The notes under the pieces were generated by a model. It worked only from the letters and a program-made list of their open reading frames with translations. It made no database searches and was not told the origin of the DNA. A stretch of DNA of 64,000 nt from Gemmatimonadota bacterium (GTDB taxonomy: Bacteria; Gemmatimonadota; Gemmatimonadetes; Longimicrobiales; Gaopeijiaceae), in contig JBBDSM010000134.1 of assembly GCA_040904945.1 (NCBI GenBank), forward strand, positions 668 through 64,667, in the 5' to 3' direction. Position numbers and translations under genes: made by a program. Of the stretch, positions 1-10,194 are shown piece by piece (within the stretch, counting starts at the first letter, position 1; each line of letters starts with the position of its first letter).

Positions 1-913
1 TCTCCGAGCGAGCGGGCACGATCCGCCCGGACGCCACGCCACTCCGCCGCGCCGGCTCGGCAGCCGCTGGCCGCCGGTCGGGGGCCTCCTTGAACGCCAC
101 CTGCGGTGCGGGTGCCGATCTCACCCGCACGATGGGCGCCCAGGCCTCGGTGGGCCTCCGCTCCGCGACGTCGTAGCGCGGCCGGTCCGGAATCGGTCTC
201 GGGAAGACGACGCGGGTGCCGGCGTAGCGGTAGGCCGGGTGGTAGTAGGGATCGTCGTAGATCACCACGCGGTAGGTCGAGCACACGGTCTGGTACGGGT
301 TCCACTCCGCGAACGATCGGTACGTGTGGCAGTCGTAGCAGAGGAACCGGGGATAGCTGCGGGGCTCGTCGACGTGGTACGTGGCGAAGTCGAGCCCATA
401 CGGCACGTCCTGCCAGCCCGGCAGGATCGCCATGATGAAGTCGTCCATGGCGACATACGGGTCTTCGTACACCGCGCCCCCGACCGTGGACAGGTCCCAT
501 CCGAAATCGCGGTGGTACCGGAACGCGCTGAAGTCGAAGGGCTCGGGTGAGGCGACGAGAAACATGTAACCGACACCCGGATCGTCCGCGACCATCCAGA
601 AGGGCGAGCGGGCCAGCACCAGCTGGTGGTCGCGCGCGCCCCTCACGAATCCGTCCTCGCTCGGGTGGGAGGGGGAGACGAGTTGGACCCGTCCGTCCGT
701 GTCGATCTGGAACACCGCCGCGTAGGCGTCTTCCGATGTCCGGTAGCGAATTCGCACGCGCTCACCGCGGCGCACCACCGGCTCCTCGCCATCTCCGAGC
801 CAGATCCGCGCCTCGAGGACGTCCTCGCCCGCGGCCGTCTGAGCGGCTACGGGCCCACTCCCCAGGGCGACGAGCGTCGCTCCCGCGATCCCCAACAACA
901 TGCGGTGTCCCAT
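1..913 (-). CDS. Secreted DUF4384-like protein, 3' end outside window
   Basis: Own translation of the minus strand from ATG 913, preceded by AGGAGGAAACGG. It is open to position 1. It is absent from the ORF track because no stop lies in the window. The signal-peptide-like N-terminus is MGHRMLLGIAGATLVALGSGPVAAQ. RVRIRYRTSEDAYAAVFQIDTDGRVQLVSP resembles the DUF4384 core. The C-terminal part is rich in Cys, Tyr and Pro. Confidence 0.6.
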   Translation of the reverse strand, partial: MGHRMLLGIAGATLVALGSGPVAAQTAAGEDVLEARIWLGDGEEPVVRRGERVRIRYRTSEDAYAAVFQIDTDGRVQLVSPSHPSEDGFVRGARDHQLVLARSPFWMVADDPGVGYMFLVASPEPFDFSAFRYHRDFGWDLSTVGGAVYEDPYVAMDDFIMAILPGWQDVPYGLDFATYHVDEPRSYPRFLCYDCHTYRSFAEWNPYQTVCSTYRVVIYDDPYYHPAYRYAGTRVVFPRPIPDRPRYDVAERRPTEAWAPIVRVRSAPAPQVAFKEAPDRRPAAAEPARRSGVASGRIVPARSE

Positions 914-1085
914 CCGTTTCCTCCTACCCATGCCTGACCGGTCGACGGATTACCGTACACGAAGATGGCCGTGAAGGTCACACGCCGGCCCGGCCCCGTG
1001 CCACCGAGCAAGCTCGTTCGGGCGCTCCCGAGCGCTCCCCGACCGTTGAGCTTGCCCCCCCTCCCCGGTAGCTTCACGGTCTCTG

Positions 1086-2015
1086 ATGGACACCACGAAG
1101 AACCGCGCCGGCCGCGGCGCCCGGCTCGATTTGCTCGATCCAGCGGCCCTCTCGAAGCTGGGTGGGGTCGAGTTCGTCGCGCGCCAGGTGGTCGAGGGCT
1201 TCCTCATGGGACTCCATCGCTCCCCGCACCGTGGCTTCTCGGCGGAGTTTGCTGAGCTGAGAGCCTACCAGACGGGAGACGACCTGCGCCACATCGATTG
1301 GCGCATGTACGGCCGCTCCGACCGCTTCTTCGTGAAGCAGTTCGAGGAGGAGACCAATCTCCGAGCCTACCTCCTCCTCGATGTCAGCGAGTCGATGGGG
1401 TGGAGCTCCGATCCCGGCACGCTCCCGGACAAGCTCTGGTACGCCAAACAGCTCGCGGCATCGCTCGCCCTCGTCCTGCTCAGGCAGGGTGACGCGGTCG
1501 GCCTGACGGCCTTCCACGACAAGGTCGTCGCCAGGGTCGCCCCACGAGGCGGTCGGCGGCAGTGGAACGAGCTGGTGCACTCGCTCGATGGCCTCTCGGC
1601 CGTGGGCAGCACGTCGGCCGAAGGCGCGCTGCGGGACGTGGCGATCCGGCTGCGCCGGCGCGGACTGGTCGTTCTGCTCTCGGATATGCTGGTGGCCCGC
1701 GAAGAGACGTTGACGGCCCTCAAGTACCTCAGGCACCATGGGCACGAGGTGCTGGTCTTCCACATCATCGACCCCGGGGAGCGCGAGCTTCCCGCCGCGT
1801 CCGAGGCTCGCTTCTTCGATCCCGAGACCGGTCGTGAGCTTCTCGTGAGCGTTGCCGACGTGCGTAACGAGTACCGCGAGGCCGTCGACGAGGCGCTCCA
1901 GGAATGGCGACGGGAGCTGAAGCCCCAGGGCATCGACTACGAAGTCGTGGAGTCCGACCGTCCGTTGGGCATCGCGCTGCGCGCCTACCTGCGGAAGCGC
2001 GGGCGGCTCGGGTGA
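1086..2015 (+). CDS. DUF58 domain protein (MoxR-associated vWA-like)
   Basis: 309-aa ORF. HRSPHRGFSAEFAELRAYQTGDDLRHIDWR and LLLDVSESM are hallmark DUF58 motifs. Confidence 0.9.
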   Translation: MDTTKNRAGRGARLDLLDPAALSKLGGVEFVARQVVEGFLMGLHRSPHRGFSAEFAELRAYQTGDDLRHIDWRMYGRSDRFFVKQFEEETNLRAYLLLDVSESMGWSSDPGTLPDKLWYAKQLAASLALVLLRQGDAVGLTAFHDKVVARVAPRGGRRQWNELVHSLDGLSAVGSTSAEGALRDVAIRLRRRGLVVLLSDMLVAREETLTALKYLRHHGHEVLVFHIIDPGERELPAASEARFFDPETGRELLVSVADVRNEYREAVDEALQEWRRELKPQGIDYEVVESDRPLGIALRAYLRKRGRLG

Positions 2016-2028
2016 CCGGTAGCGCCCT

Positions 2029-3978
2029 GTGAGCTTCCTCAGCCCCTGGTTCCTGCTGGCGTCTGCGGCCGTGGCCGTCCCGGTGTTCCTGCATCTCTTC
2101 CATAAGCGGAAGACCCTCCGGATCAGCTTTCCGGCGCTCCGGTACCTCGAGCGCACGGAGCGTGAGCACGCGCACGAGATCCGGTTCCGCCAGATCCTGT
2201 TGCTCCTGGCGCGGATCACGGCCATCGCCCTCCTCGTGCTGGCCGGCGCGAGACCGCTGATCCCCGGTCCGGACACGGCGCACCCACCGACGGCCGTGGC
2301 GATCGTGCTCGACAACTCGATGAGTAGCGGCCTGGTCGTGGGCGATGAGAGACGGCTCGATCGGCTGAAAGCGATCGCAGAGCGGAGCCTCGACGCCGGG
2401 GGTCCGGACGACGTCTTCTGGGTCCTCCGCGCGGGAGAGCCCTGGCTCCCGGCCGTCGTGGGAAGCGTGGAGGACGCCCGCACGGCGGTTCGCGCCACCG
2501 AGGTGAGCGCCGCGCGCGGGGACGTCACCGCCGCGCTCCGGAGGGCTGTTGATCTGGTCGGCGCCGCGTCGCTCGAGCATCGCGAGATCCACCTGGTCTC
2601 GGATCTCCAGGCCACTGCGTTCGACCTCTCGGAGCCAGGCCCCGCCGGCTCCGTCCCCGTGGTCGTGTGGGCGCCGGACGGCGATCCGCCGCCGAACCGT
2701 GCCCTGGTCGAGCTCCTCGTCGGGAGCGGCCTCCCGCCGGTCGAGGGGCAACGGGCCGACCTGTCCGTCCGCCTCTCCGAGGGTTCCGAGGACGCCGAGC
2801 CCATCGGCGTGCGCGCCCTCCTCGACGGACGGATCCGGGCCGCGGGAACGGCACCCCCCGGCGCCGTGGCGACCCTGCCTCTTCCCTCGACCGGCACCGG
2901 CTGGGTGGCCGGCGTAGTGGAGTCGGATCCGGACGCGCTCAGCCTCGACGACCGGCGCTACTTCGCGTTCCGCTCCCGGCCGCCGCCGACCGTCCACGTC
3001 GCCGGAGAGCCGGGCCGCTTCGCGCGCGAAGCGCTCGGGGTGCTCGAAGACGCACTCCGTCTCCAGTCCGTCGGAGCAGGCGAAGACGCGGAGCTACGTA
3101 TCTCGGTGGGCGCCGCGGGGCTGTCCGAGGGGCCGACGGCGGGCAGCTACCTCGTGGTGCCACCCGCCGATCCGACCCTCCTGCCTGCCCTCGACGTACG
3201 CCTCCGGTCGGCGGGCGTCCCGTGGCGGCTTCGTGCGCAGGTGGCCTCGGGAGGAGCCGAGCTCTCGGGCCCCAGCCTCCCCCCCGGACTCTCCGGCGTC
3301 TCCGTGGACTCCTGGTACGCCCTGGAGCCGACCGGGGAGGCCTCGACGCCGAGCCGCGTTCTCGCCGAGGTGGCCGGAGAGCCCTGGCTGGTGGAGAGCC
3401 GGACGGCCACGGGCGAGCCCGTGCTCCTGCTCGCGTCGCCCCTCGACGCGACATCGTCGTCCTTGCCGGTCTCCGCCGGGCTGGTACGCTTCCTCGACTG
3501 GGCGGCCGGCGGCTGGACCGGGCCGGGGAGCTCGGGCTCCGAGCAGTTGGCCGGCCAGCCGCTACCGGCCCCGGCGGGCGCCACCCACGTCGTCCTCCCC
3601 GCAGGCGACACCCTCGCCGTGGACGGGACCCGCACCGTGACCGCGACCGGCAGCGTGGGACACTACGGCTTCCTCGCATCCGATTCGATCGTCTCGTGGG
3701 TCGCGGTCAACTCCGCGCCGGCCGAGTCGGACCTCTCCCGGCTGGAGGACGACGAGCTCGAACGCGCCGTCGGCGAGAACGTCACGCTGGTCTCGAGCGA
3801 GCCCGCCTGGACACGTTCCGTCTTCCGCGAGCGTACCGGTCCCGAGATCTGGTGGCCGCTCCTGATCCTCGCCGCGCTCGTGCTCCTCGTGGAGTCACGG
3901 CTGGCGGCCGCGGGCACCCAGTCGCCAAAACCTACGCGCACCTCGAACGACACTGTCCCGGCCCATGGCGCTTCCTGA
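2029..3978 (+). CDS. BatA N-terminal domain membrane protein
   Basis: 649-aa ORF with a GTG start. The N-terminus MSFLSPWFLLASAAVAVPVFLHLFHKRK matches the aerotolerance BatA double-TM N-terminal domain. A C-terminal TM helix is IWWPLLILAALVLLV. It follows DUF58 by 13 nt. Confidence 0.8.
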   Translation: MSFLSPWFLLASAAVAVPVFLHLFHKRKTLRISFPALRYLERTEREHAHEIRFRQILLLLARITAIALLVLAGARPLIPGPDTAHPPTAVAIVLDNSMSSGLVVGDERRLDRLKAIAERSLDAGGPDDVFWVLRAGEPWLPAVVGSVEDARTAVRATEVSAARGDVTAALRRAVDLVGAASLEHREIHLVSDLQATAFDLSEPGPAGSVPVVVWAPDGDPPPNRALVELLVGSGLPPVEGQRADLSVRLSEGSEDAEPIGVRALLDGRIRAAGTAPPGAVATLPLPSTGTGWVAGVVESDPDALSLDDRRYFAFRSRPPPTVHVAGEPGRFAREALGVLEDALRLQSVGAGEDAELRISVGAAGLSEGPTAGSYLVVPPADPTLLPALDVRLRSAGVPWRLRAQVASGGAELSGPSLPPGLSGVSVDSWYALEPTGEASTPSRVLAEVAGEPWLVESRTATGEPVLLLASPLDATSSSLPVSAGLVRFLDWAAGGWTGPGSSGSEQLAGQPLPAPAGATHVVLPAGDTLAVDGTRTVTATGSVGHYGFLASDSIVSWVAVNSAPAESDLSRLEDDELERAVGENVTLVSSEPAWTRSVFRERTGPEIWWPLLILAALVLLVESRLAAAGTQSPKPTRTSNDTVPAHGAS

Positions 3979-6900
3979 TCCGATCCTGACCGCCCTCTCG
4001 ACCTGCGAGGCGGTCCAAGCCGTCGGAGGCTCCCTTCCGCGGCCCGGTACCGCCCTCACCCTCGGCGGGGTACGCGGCGCACTGGGTCCCGCCGTGGTGG
4101 CCGCCCTCCACGAGGCGGCCCCCGAGCGCATCTTCGTCTACATCGCGGAGGACCCGCAGGCGGCCTCCGCGGCCGAGGCGGACCTCGAGGTACTTCTCGG
4201 CACGGACGGCGCCGCCCACCTCTTCCCTCAGAAGGAAGCACTCCCCTACGAAGAGCACGAGCCGCACCTCGAGATCGGCGGCCTCCGGGTCGAGGCTCTG
4301 GAAGCAGTCTTCTCCGGACGTGCCCAGATCCTCGTCACGACGCCCCGGGGGCTCCAGGAACGGATTCCTGTGCCGGCCGACCTCGCCCATCTTCGACGGA
4401 CCATCCGGACCGGAGACGAGACCGACTTCGCCGCGCTGATCGCCGACCTGGAGGCCTGGGGCTTCGAGCGGGTGGCCATGGTCGAGGAGGTCGGACAGCT
4501 CGCCGTCCGCGGAGGCATCCTCGACCTCTTTTCGGTGGCGGCGGGAGAGCCCGTCCGGATCGAGTTCTGGGGCGACGAAGTGGTCTCGATCCGCACGTTC
4601 GACGTGCTCGACCAGCGATCCACCGGAACACTGGAAGAGACGCACGTCCTGCCGGTCGATTTCCGGCGCTCGGCGGACGACGGCGCGGTCCACGGAGACG
4701 GCGCGGTCACCCGCTCACTCCTCGAGCTCCTGCCGGCCGACGCCGTGCTGACGCGTGGGGGGGACTGGACGGTCTCCGAAGAGGCCGAGCACACGTGGGA
4801 GAGAGTCGTCACGCTGCACGACGACCTGGTCCACTCCGGCGCCGCCCCTCCCGAGCCGGCCTCGCTCTTCGTGCCGCCCGAGGAGATGGTCGGGCTCGTC
4901 GACGCCATGCCACGGTTGGTCCTCAGCGAAGGAGAGGACGCCGACCACGTGCTCGACTCCGGTCCGCCCCCGCTCATCGACCGCGACATGGGCAAGCTCG
5001 AGTCCTATCTCGTCGACGGCGCACGGGACGGCATCGAGACGCTCCTCCTGTGCGACAACGACGGCCAGCTCCAGCGGCTCGAGGAGATCCTCGGAGGCAT
5101 CGGCAAGATCCCGAGCGGAACACGACTCGCCATCGGCTCGCTGCAGACCGGCTTCGAGCTCCGCTGCGGAGGGTCGGTCCTGCGCGTGCTCAACGACCAC
5201 GAGATCTTCCGGCGTCCGCGCAAGGTTCGCAGGAGCCGGCGGTTCCGGGGCGCCGTGGCCCTCGAAAGCCTGGCGCAGCTCACGCCGGGCGATCACGTCG
5301 TGCACATGGACCACGGCATCGGCAAGTTCGTGGGGCTCGAGCACATCGACGTCGGCGGTGACGAGATCGAGGTGCTGGCCATCGAGTACGCGGGTGGCGA
5401 GGTGCTCCGGCTGCCGGTCTACCGGCTCGACCTGATCGAGCGCTGGGTGGGCGCCACCGAGGACGCCCGGCCGACGGCGCTGCACCGCATCGGCGGGAAG
5501 CGCTGGAAGTCGCTGCGGAAGAAGACCGAGCAGGTCATCGAAGAGATGACCGCCGAGCTGCTCGAGCTCTATGCCCGGCGCGAGCATTCCGGTGGCTTCG
5601 CGTTCAGCGCCGACACGCGCTGGCAGATGGAGATGGAGTCGTCGTTCCTGTACGAGGATACGCCCGACCAGCGGAAGGCGGCCGAGGACGTCAAGCGCGA
5701 CATGGAATCGTCCCAGCCCATGGACCGCCTGGTCTGCGGCGACGTAGGGTACGGAAAGACCGAGGTCGCCATCCGGGCCGCCTTCAAGGCCGTTCAGGAC
5801 AACAAGCAGGTCGCGGTACTCGCGCCCACCACGATCCTCGCCGAGCAGCACCGCCACACCTTCGAGGAACGCCTCGCCGACTACCCGGTCCGCATCGGCT
5901 CCCTCAGCCGGTTCCGCACGGCGGCCGAGCAGCGAAGCCTGCTCGAGGGCGTGGCCGAGGGCTCGGTGGACATCATCATCGGAACGCACCGCCTCCTGTC
6001 CGAAGACGTCGTCTTCAAGGACCTGGGGCTGCTGATCGTCGACGAGGAGCAGCGTTTCGGGGTGAAGCACAAGGAGCGGCTCAAGAAGCTGAGGGCCTCC
6101 ATCGACGTGCTGACCCTGACCGCGACCCCGATTCCGCGAACGCTCTACCTGTCCCTGTCGGGGATCCGCGACCTGTCACTCATCCGGACGCCGCCGCGCG
6201 ACCGGATGCCGATCTACACCCACGTCCTCCCCTGGTCGGACCAACTCCTGGCCGAGGCGCTCCACAGGGAGCTCGACCGGGGCGGACAGGCCTTCTTCCT
6301 GCACAACCGCATCGAGACGATCTACACCATCGCCGAAGAGGTCCGGGGGTTGGCCCCGGAGGCGAAGGTGGGCGTCGCACACGGGCAGATGACCGGAGGC
6401 GACCTGGACGAGGTCATGCGCGCGTTCGTGGACGGCGAGACGGACGTTCTGGTCTGCTCCTCGATCATCGAGAACGGTCTGGACGTTCCGAACGCGAACA
6501 CGCTGATCGTCGACGGGGCCGACCGCTTCGGGCTCTCCCAGCTCTATCAGATCCGCGGACGGGTCGGGCGCTCGGACCGGCGTGCGTACTGCTACCTGAT
6601 CGTGCCCAACCAGGTCACCGAAGACGCCGAGCGCCGGCTGCGCGTGCTCGAGCACTACACCGAGCTCGGCTCGGGCTACTCCGTGGCCATGCAGGACCTC
6701 GAGCTACGCGGGGCCGGAAACCTGCTCGGCGCCGACCAGTCGGGCTTCGCGAACCAGATCGGGATGGATGCCTACATGCGGCTCCTCCACAAGACGGTGG
6801 ATCGCCTCAGGAAGGGCGAGACCGTCGACAGCTGGCCGGACCCGGACGTGTCGCTCCCCGGGGCCGCCCTCCTTCCCGACGACTACGTTTCGGATTCGAG

Positions 6901-7291
6901 CCAGAAGCTCCATCTTTACCGCCGCCTCTCGAAGGTGGAGGATCCGTCCGAGGTCGGGGAGATCCGGGACGAGCTCATCGACCGCTTCGGGCCGCTCCCG
7001 GACGAGGCCGCGCGCCTCCTCGACGCCACGCTACTCCGGGTGTTGGGCCGCCCGCTCGGCATCGAGCGGATCTTGGTGCGCCGTCAGACCGCGAGGATCA
7101 CCTTCCGTGAGAACGTCGTACCGAAGCTGGCGGTGCTCGAGGGGCCCCTGAAGGCGCGGCACGCCCACGCTGAGATCCTCCGGATGACACCGTTGTCCGT
7201 GCAACTCGAGCGGGTCGGGTCGGACCCCATCATGGAGACGCTCACGGTCGCGCTCGAAACGCTACGTGACAGCCGTTCCGCCGCAGCATGA
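3965..7291 (+). CDS. mfd: Transcription-repair coupling factor
   Basis: 1108 aa. Motifs seen are GDVGYGKTEVA (Walker A), VDEEQRFG (DEAH-like) and RGRVGRS (motif VI). A CarD-like region and a TRCF C-terminal domain are present. It overlaps the preceding gene by 14 nt. Confidence 0.97.
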   Translation: MALPDPILTALSTCEAVQAVGGSLPRPGTALTLGGVRGALGPAVVAALHEAAPERIFVYIAEDPQAASAAEADLEVLLGTDGAAHLFPQKEALPYEEHEPHLEIGGLRVEALEAVFSGRAQILVTTPRGLQERIPVPADLAHLRRTIRTGDETDFAALIADLEAWGFERVAMVEEVGQLAVRGGILDLFSVAAGEPVRIEFWGDEVVSIRTFDVLDQRSTGTLEETHVLPVDFRRSADDGAVHGDGAVTRSLLELLPADAVLTRGGDWTVSEEAEHTWERVVTLHDDLVHSGAAPPEPASLFVPPEEMVGLVDAMPRLVLSEGEDADHVLDSGPPPLIDRDMGKLESYLVDGARDGIETLLLCDNDGQLQRLEEILGGIGKIPSGTRLAIGSLQTGFELRCGGSVLRVLNDHEIFRRPRKVRRSRRFRGAVALESLAQLTPGDHVVHMDHGIGKFVGLEHIDVGGDEIEVLAIEYAGGEVLRLPVYRLDLIERWVGATEDARPTALHRIGGKRWKSLRKKTEQVIEEMTAELLELYARREHSGGFAFSADTRWQMEMESSFLYEDTPDQRKAAEDVKRDMESSQPMDRLVCGDVGYGKTEVAIRAAFKAVQDNKQVAVLAPTTILAEQHRHTFEERLADYPVRIGSLSRFRTAAEQRSLLEGVAEGSVDIIIGTHRLLSEDVVFKDLGLLIVDEEQRFGVKHKERLKKLRASIDVLTLTATPIPRTLYLSLSGIRDLSLIRTPPRDRMPIYTHVLPWSDQLLAEALHRELDRGGQAFFLHNRIETIYTIAEEVRGLAPEAKVGVAHGQMTGGDLDEVMRAFVDGETDVLVCSSIIENGLDVPNANTLIVDGADRFGLSQLYQIRGRVGRSDRRAYCYLIVPNQVTEDAERRLRVLEHYTELGSGYSVAMQDLELRGAGNLLGADQSGFANQIGMDAYMRLLHKTVDRLRKGETVDSWPDPDVSLPGAALLPDDYVSDSSQKLHLYRRLSKVEDPSEVGEIRDELIDRFGPLPDEAARLLDATLLRVLGRPLGIERILVRRQTARITFRENVVPKLAVLEGPLKARHAHAEILRMTPLSVQLERVGSDPIMETLTVALETLRDSRSAAA

Positions 7292-8769
7292 ACCGAATCA
7301 CCCACCGAGGTCCCGATACCATGAAGTCTCTGACCACAACGAGCACGTACCGGCTGCTCCTCTGCGCCCTGGGCTCCTTCGCGCTAGCCGCATGCGCCGA
7401 CGAAGGCAACGACGCCGAGACGGTCGCTCGCGTCGAGGGGTACCGCCTGACGGTCGACGAGGTCGTCGAGCTGACGGTCGACGACGAGGACCTTCCGGTG
7501 AGCGCCGACGTCGTGGAGGCCATCGCCGGGCTCTGGATCGACTACACGCTCTTCGCGGAGGTCGCGGCCACCGACTCGACGCTCGACGACATCGACTTCT
7601 CGCCGTTGGTCCGGGCCCGTCTCGATCAGGAGACGCTGGCCATGCTGGGCGATTCGGCGATCCAGGCCGACACGGTCGTGACCGAGGCGGACGCCCGGGC
7701 GTGGTACGAGACGTCCGGGGAGGGCGTGCGGTTCCGGGCGAGACACATCATGCTCCAGTATCCGCCACAGGCGACCCAGGCCCAGCGGGACAGCGTGCGC
7801 GAGCGGCTTGCCGAGGTCCGCGACGACATCCTGGCGGGCGCTTCCTTCGAGGCCATGGCCCGGGAGGTGAGCCAGGACCCGGGAAGCGCGCCGCAGGGAG
7901 GCGATCTCGGGTATTTCGCGCCCGGCGATCTGGTGCGTCCGTTCGAAGAGGCCGTGGAGGCGCTCGATCCCGGCGAGATGAGCGACGTCGTCGCCACGCC
8001 GATGGGGCTCCACCTCATCCGCCTGGAGGACCGCGAGCGGCCCGACTTCACGGAGGTCTCGGCCAACGTCGTCGCACAGCTGCGTATGGAACGGCTCCAG
8101 CAAGCCGAGTCATTGTACGTGTCCGGCGTGGAAGAACGCGCCGGCGAGCTGAACGTCGTCGAGGGCGCCGTCGAGGTCGCACGCGACCTCGCCCGGAATC
8201 CGTCGATCAGCCTGTCCGGGCGAGCCGCCCGACGGCCGCTGGTGGAGTGGAACTCCGGCTCGCTCGAGGCGGCCCGCTACCTGGAGCTGGTTCGGCTCGA
8301 GCCTCCGGTATTCCACGAGCAGGTCGCCAACGGGAGCGTCGAAGCGCTCGAGGACTTCCTCAGCGCCCTCGCCCGGCGCGAGCTGATCCTGGCGGAAGCG
8401 GAGCGCTTGGGCCTCACGGCCTCTCCGGAGCGCGTCGATTCCCTGGCCGCCGAGGCCGCGAGCCAGATCCGCGAGGCGGCCCGTCGACTCGACCTGATCC
8501 CGTTGGATCGCGCGCCTGGCGAAGACCTCGAGCCCGCCGTCCAGCGCGCGGTCCTGGGCGCGCTCGAGGATAACCTCTCAGGCGCCAACCCGTCCCTGCC
8601 CCTCGGACCGCTCTCGTACCAACTCCGCGCCGGCCGCGCCCATTCGATCTCCAACGCCGGCGTGGGCCGCGCCGTGCTGGAGCTCGGACGGCAGCGCGCG
8701 GGGCGCGGAGCTTCGCCGATGGACAGCGTCCTACCGCGAGACACGACCCCGCCCGGAGGTGGCTCTTGA
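7288..8769 (+). CDS. Parvulin-type peptidyl-prolyl isomerase lipoprotein (PrsA/SurA-like)
   Basis: PpiC domain: ARHIMLQY...GGDLGYFAPGDLVRPFEEAV...MGLHLIRLEDR. The lipobox is FALAAC. ATG 7288 overlaps the mfd stop (ATGA). An alternative start is ATG 7321 (MKSL...). Confidence 0.85.
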   Translation: MNRITHRGPDTMKSLTTTSTYRLLLCALGSFALAACADEGNDAETVARVEGYRLTVDEVVELTVDDEDLPVSADVVEAIAGLWIDYTLFAEVAATDSTLDDIDFSPLVRARLDQETLAMLGDSAIQADTVVTEADARAWYETSGEGVRFRARHIMLQYPPQATQAQRDSVRERLAEVRDDILAGASFEAMAREVSQDPGSAPQGGDLGYFAPGDLVRPFEEAVEALDPGEMSDVVATPMGLHLIRLEDRERPDFTEVSANVVAQLRMERLQQAESLYVSGVEERAGELNVVEGAVEVARDLARNPSISLSGRAARRPLVEWNSGSLEAARYLELVRLEPPVFHEQVANGSVEALEDFLSALARRELILAEAERLGLTASPERVDSLAAEAASQIREAARRLDLIPLDRAPGEDLEPAVQRAVLGALEDNLSGANPSLPLGPLSYQLRAGRAHSISNAGVGRAVLELGRQRAGRGASPMDSVLPRDTTPPGGGS

Positions 8770-8807
8770 GCCGGAACACCGTCCCGATCGAAGGGTTACG
8801 AAGCGCC

Positions 8808-10118
8808 ATGCTGACACGCGTTCTGTTCCTGGCCTCGTGCCTCGTCTTCATCGCCGTCCCCGCCTCGGGCCAGATCACTCCCGGAGAGGCGGTGGTCGAC
8901 CGTGTGGTCGCCATCGTGGGTGACTCGGTCGTCCTCCAGTCGCAGATCGAAGAGGAGATCCAGCGGATGCGGCTGCAGCCGCAGGCCCAGGTCCCCGACG
9001 ACGGGGATCCGGCCTACGACCGGTTTTTCCAGGGCATCCTGGATTCCTGGGTGAGTCGGGTCCTGGTGCTTCACGCCGCCGCTCAGGACACGCTGATCAC
9101 GCCGGACGAAGTGAACATCGAGCAGCGTGTGTCGGCCGAGATCGATCGGTTGATCGACCAGTTCGGTGGACGGCCCGCTCTCATGGCGGCGCTCGGCGGG
9201 GAGGGGCTCACCCTGTCGGAGTACCGGGACATCCTCTCCAATCAGGCGCGCCAGGAGCAGGTGCAGCAGCTGTTCATCCAGAGTCGGCTGCGCAACGCCC
9301 GGCCCGCGGACGTCTCGGAAGACGAGTTGAGGGCGCGCTACGCCCAGGCGAGCGGACAGCTCCAGCAGCGTCCCCGCCTTCTGACGTTCCGGCAGGTCGT
9401 CGTGCTCCCTACGGCGTCCGAGGCTGCTCGCGAAGAAGCTCGCGCGCTCGCCGAAGATCTTCTGGAGCGGATCCGCGAGGGCGAGGAATTCGAGCAGCTG
9501 GCCCGACGGTACTCCGAGGACCCCGGCTCGGCTCAGCTCGGCGGCGACCTGGGTTGGTTCCGACGAGGCCGCATGGTCCGGGAGTTCGAAGATGTCGCCT
9601 TCGCCATGCGTGACGGCGCCGTGAGCAACGTCGTGGAGTCGGACTTCGGCTTCCACATCATCAAGGTCGAGCGCTCCCGCCCGGGTGAGCGACAGGCCAG
9701 GCACATCCTCATTACTCCGGATATCTCGGAAGACGATGTGGAGCGGGCCCGTACCGTCGCCGAGCAGGTGGCCGAGGAGGCGCGAGCCGGTGCGCCGATG
9801 GATTCGCTCTACCTCGAGCACTCCGACCTCGCCGCGCCGGACTCGCTCACGGTCACCTTCGACCAGATCACCGAGCTTCCCGCGGGATACGCAGCCATCC
9901 GCACCGCCAGCGAGGGCCAGGTGCTCGGCCCGCTGGCCTACGAGGGGCAGGGCGAGCAGCGCTTCGCGGTGGTCAAGGTCGAGGGCATCCGCGAAGCGGG
10001 CGCCTACACGTTCGAGGACGTCCGGAACCAGCTGGCCAACCAGGTGCAGCAGGAAAAGCAGCTCGAGCGGATCATCAGCGACCTGCGGGAACAGACGTAC
10101 ATCGAGATCCTGAGGTAG
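8808..10118 (+). CDS. surA: SurA-like periplasmic chaperone / peptidyl-prolyl isomerase
   Basis: Signal peptide MLTRVLFLASCLVFIAVPASG, a SurA N-domain-like region and a PpiC domain (RHILI...GGDLGWFRRGRMVREFEDVAF...FGFHIIKVE). The ORF is open from TTG 8766, and I prefer ATG 8808. It sits upstream of pdxA, as in E. coli. Confidence 0.85.
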   Translation: MLTRVLFLASCLVFIAVPASGQITPGEAVVDRVVAIVGDSVVLQSQIEEEIQRMRLQPQAQVPDDGDPAYDRFFQGILDSWVSRVLVLHAAAQDTLITPDEVNIEQRVSAEIDRLIDQFGGRPALMAALGGEGLTLSEYRDILSNQARQEQVQQLFIQSRLRNARPADVSEDELRARYAQASGQLQQRPRLLTFRQVVVLPTASEAAREEARALAEDLLERIREGEEFEQLARRYSEDPGSAQLGGDLGWFRRGRMVREFEDVAFAMRDGAVSNVVESDFGFHIIKVERSRPGERQARHILITPDISEDDVERARTVAEQVAEEARAGAPMDSLYLEHSDLAAPDSLTVTFDQITELPAGYAAIRTASEGQVLGPLAYEGQGEQRFAVVKVEGIREAGAYTFEDVRNQLANQVQQEKQLERIISDLREQTYIEILR

Positions 10119-10194
10119 CGCCGTAGCCTCCCCCGCTAGACTCCGCGTCGCGATCACGCCGGGTGATCCGCGAGGTATCGGACCCGAGGTCGCG

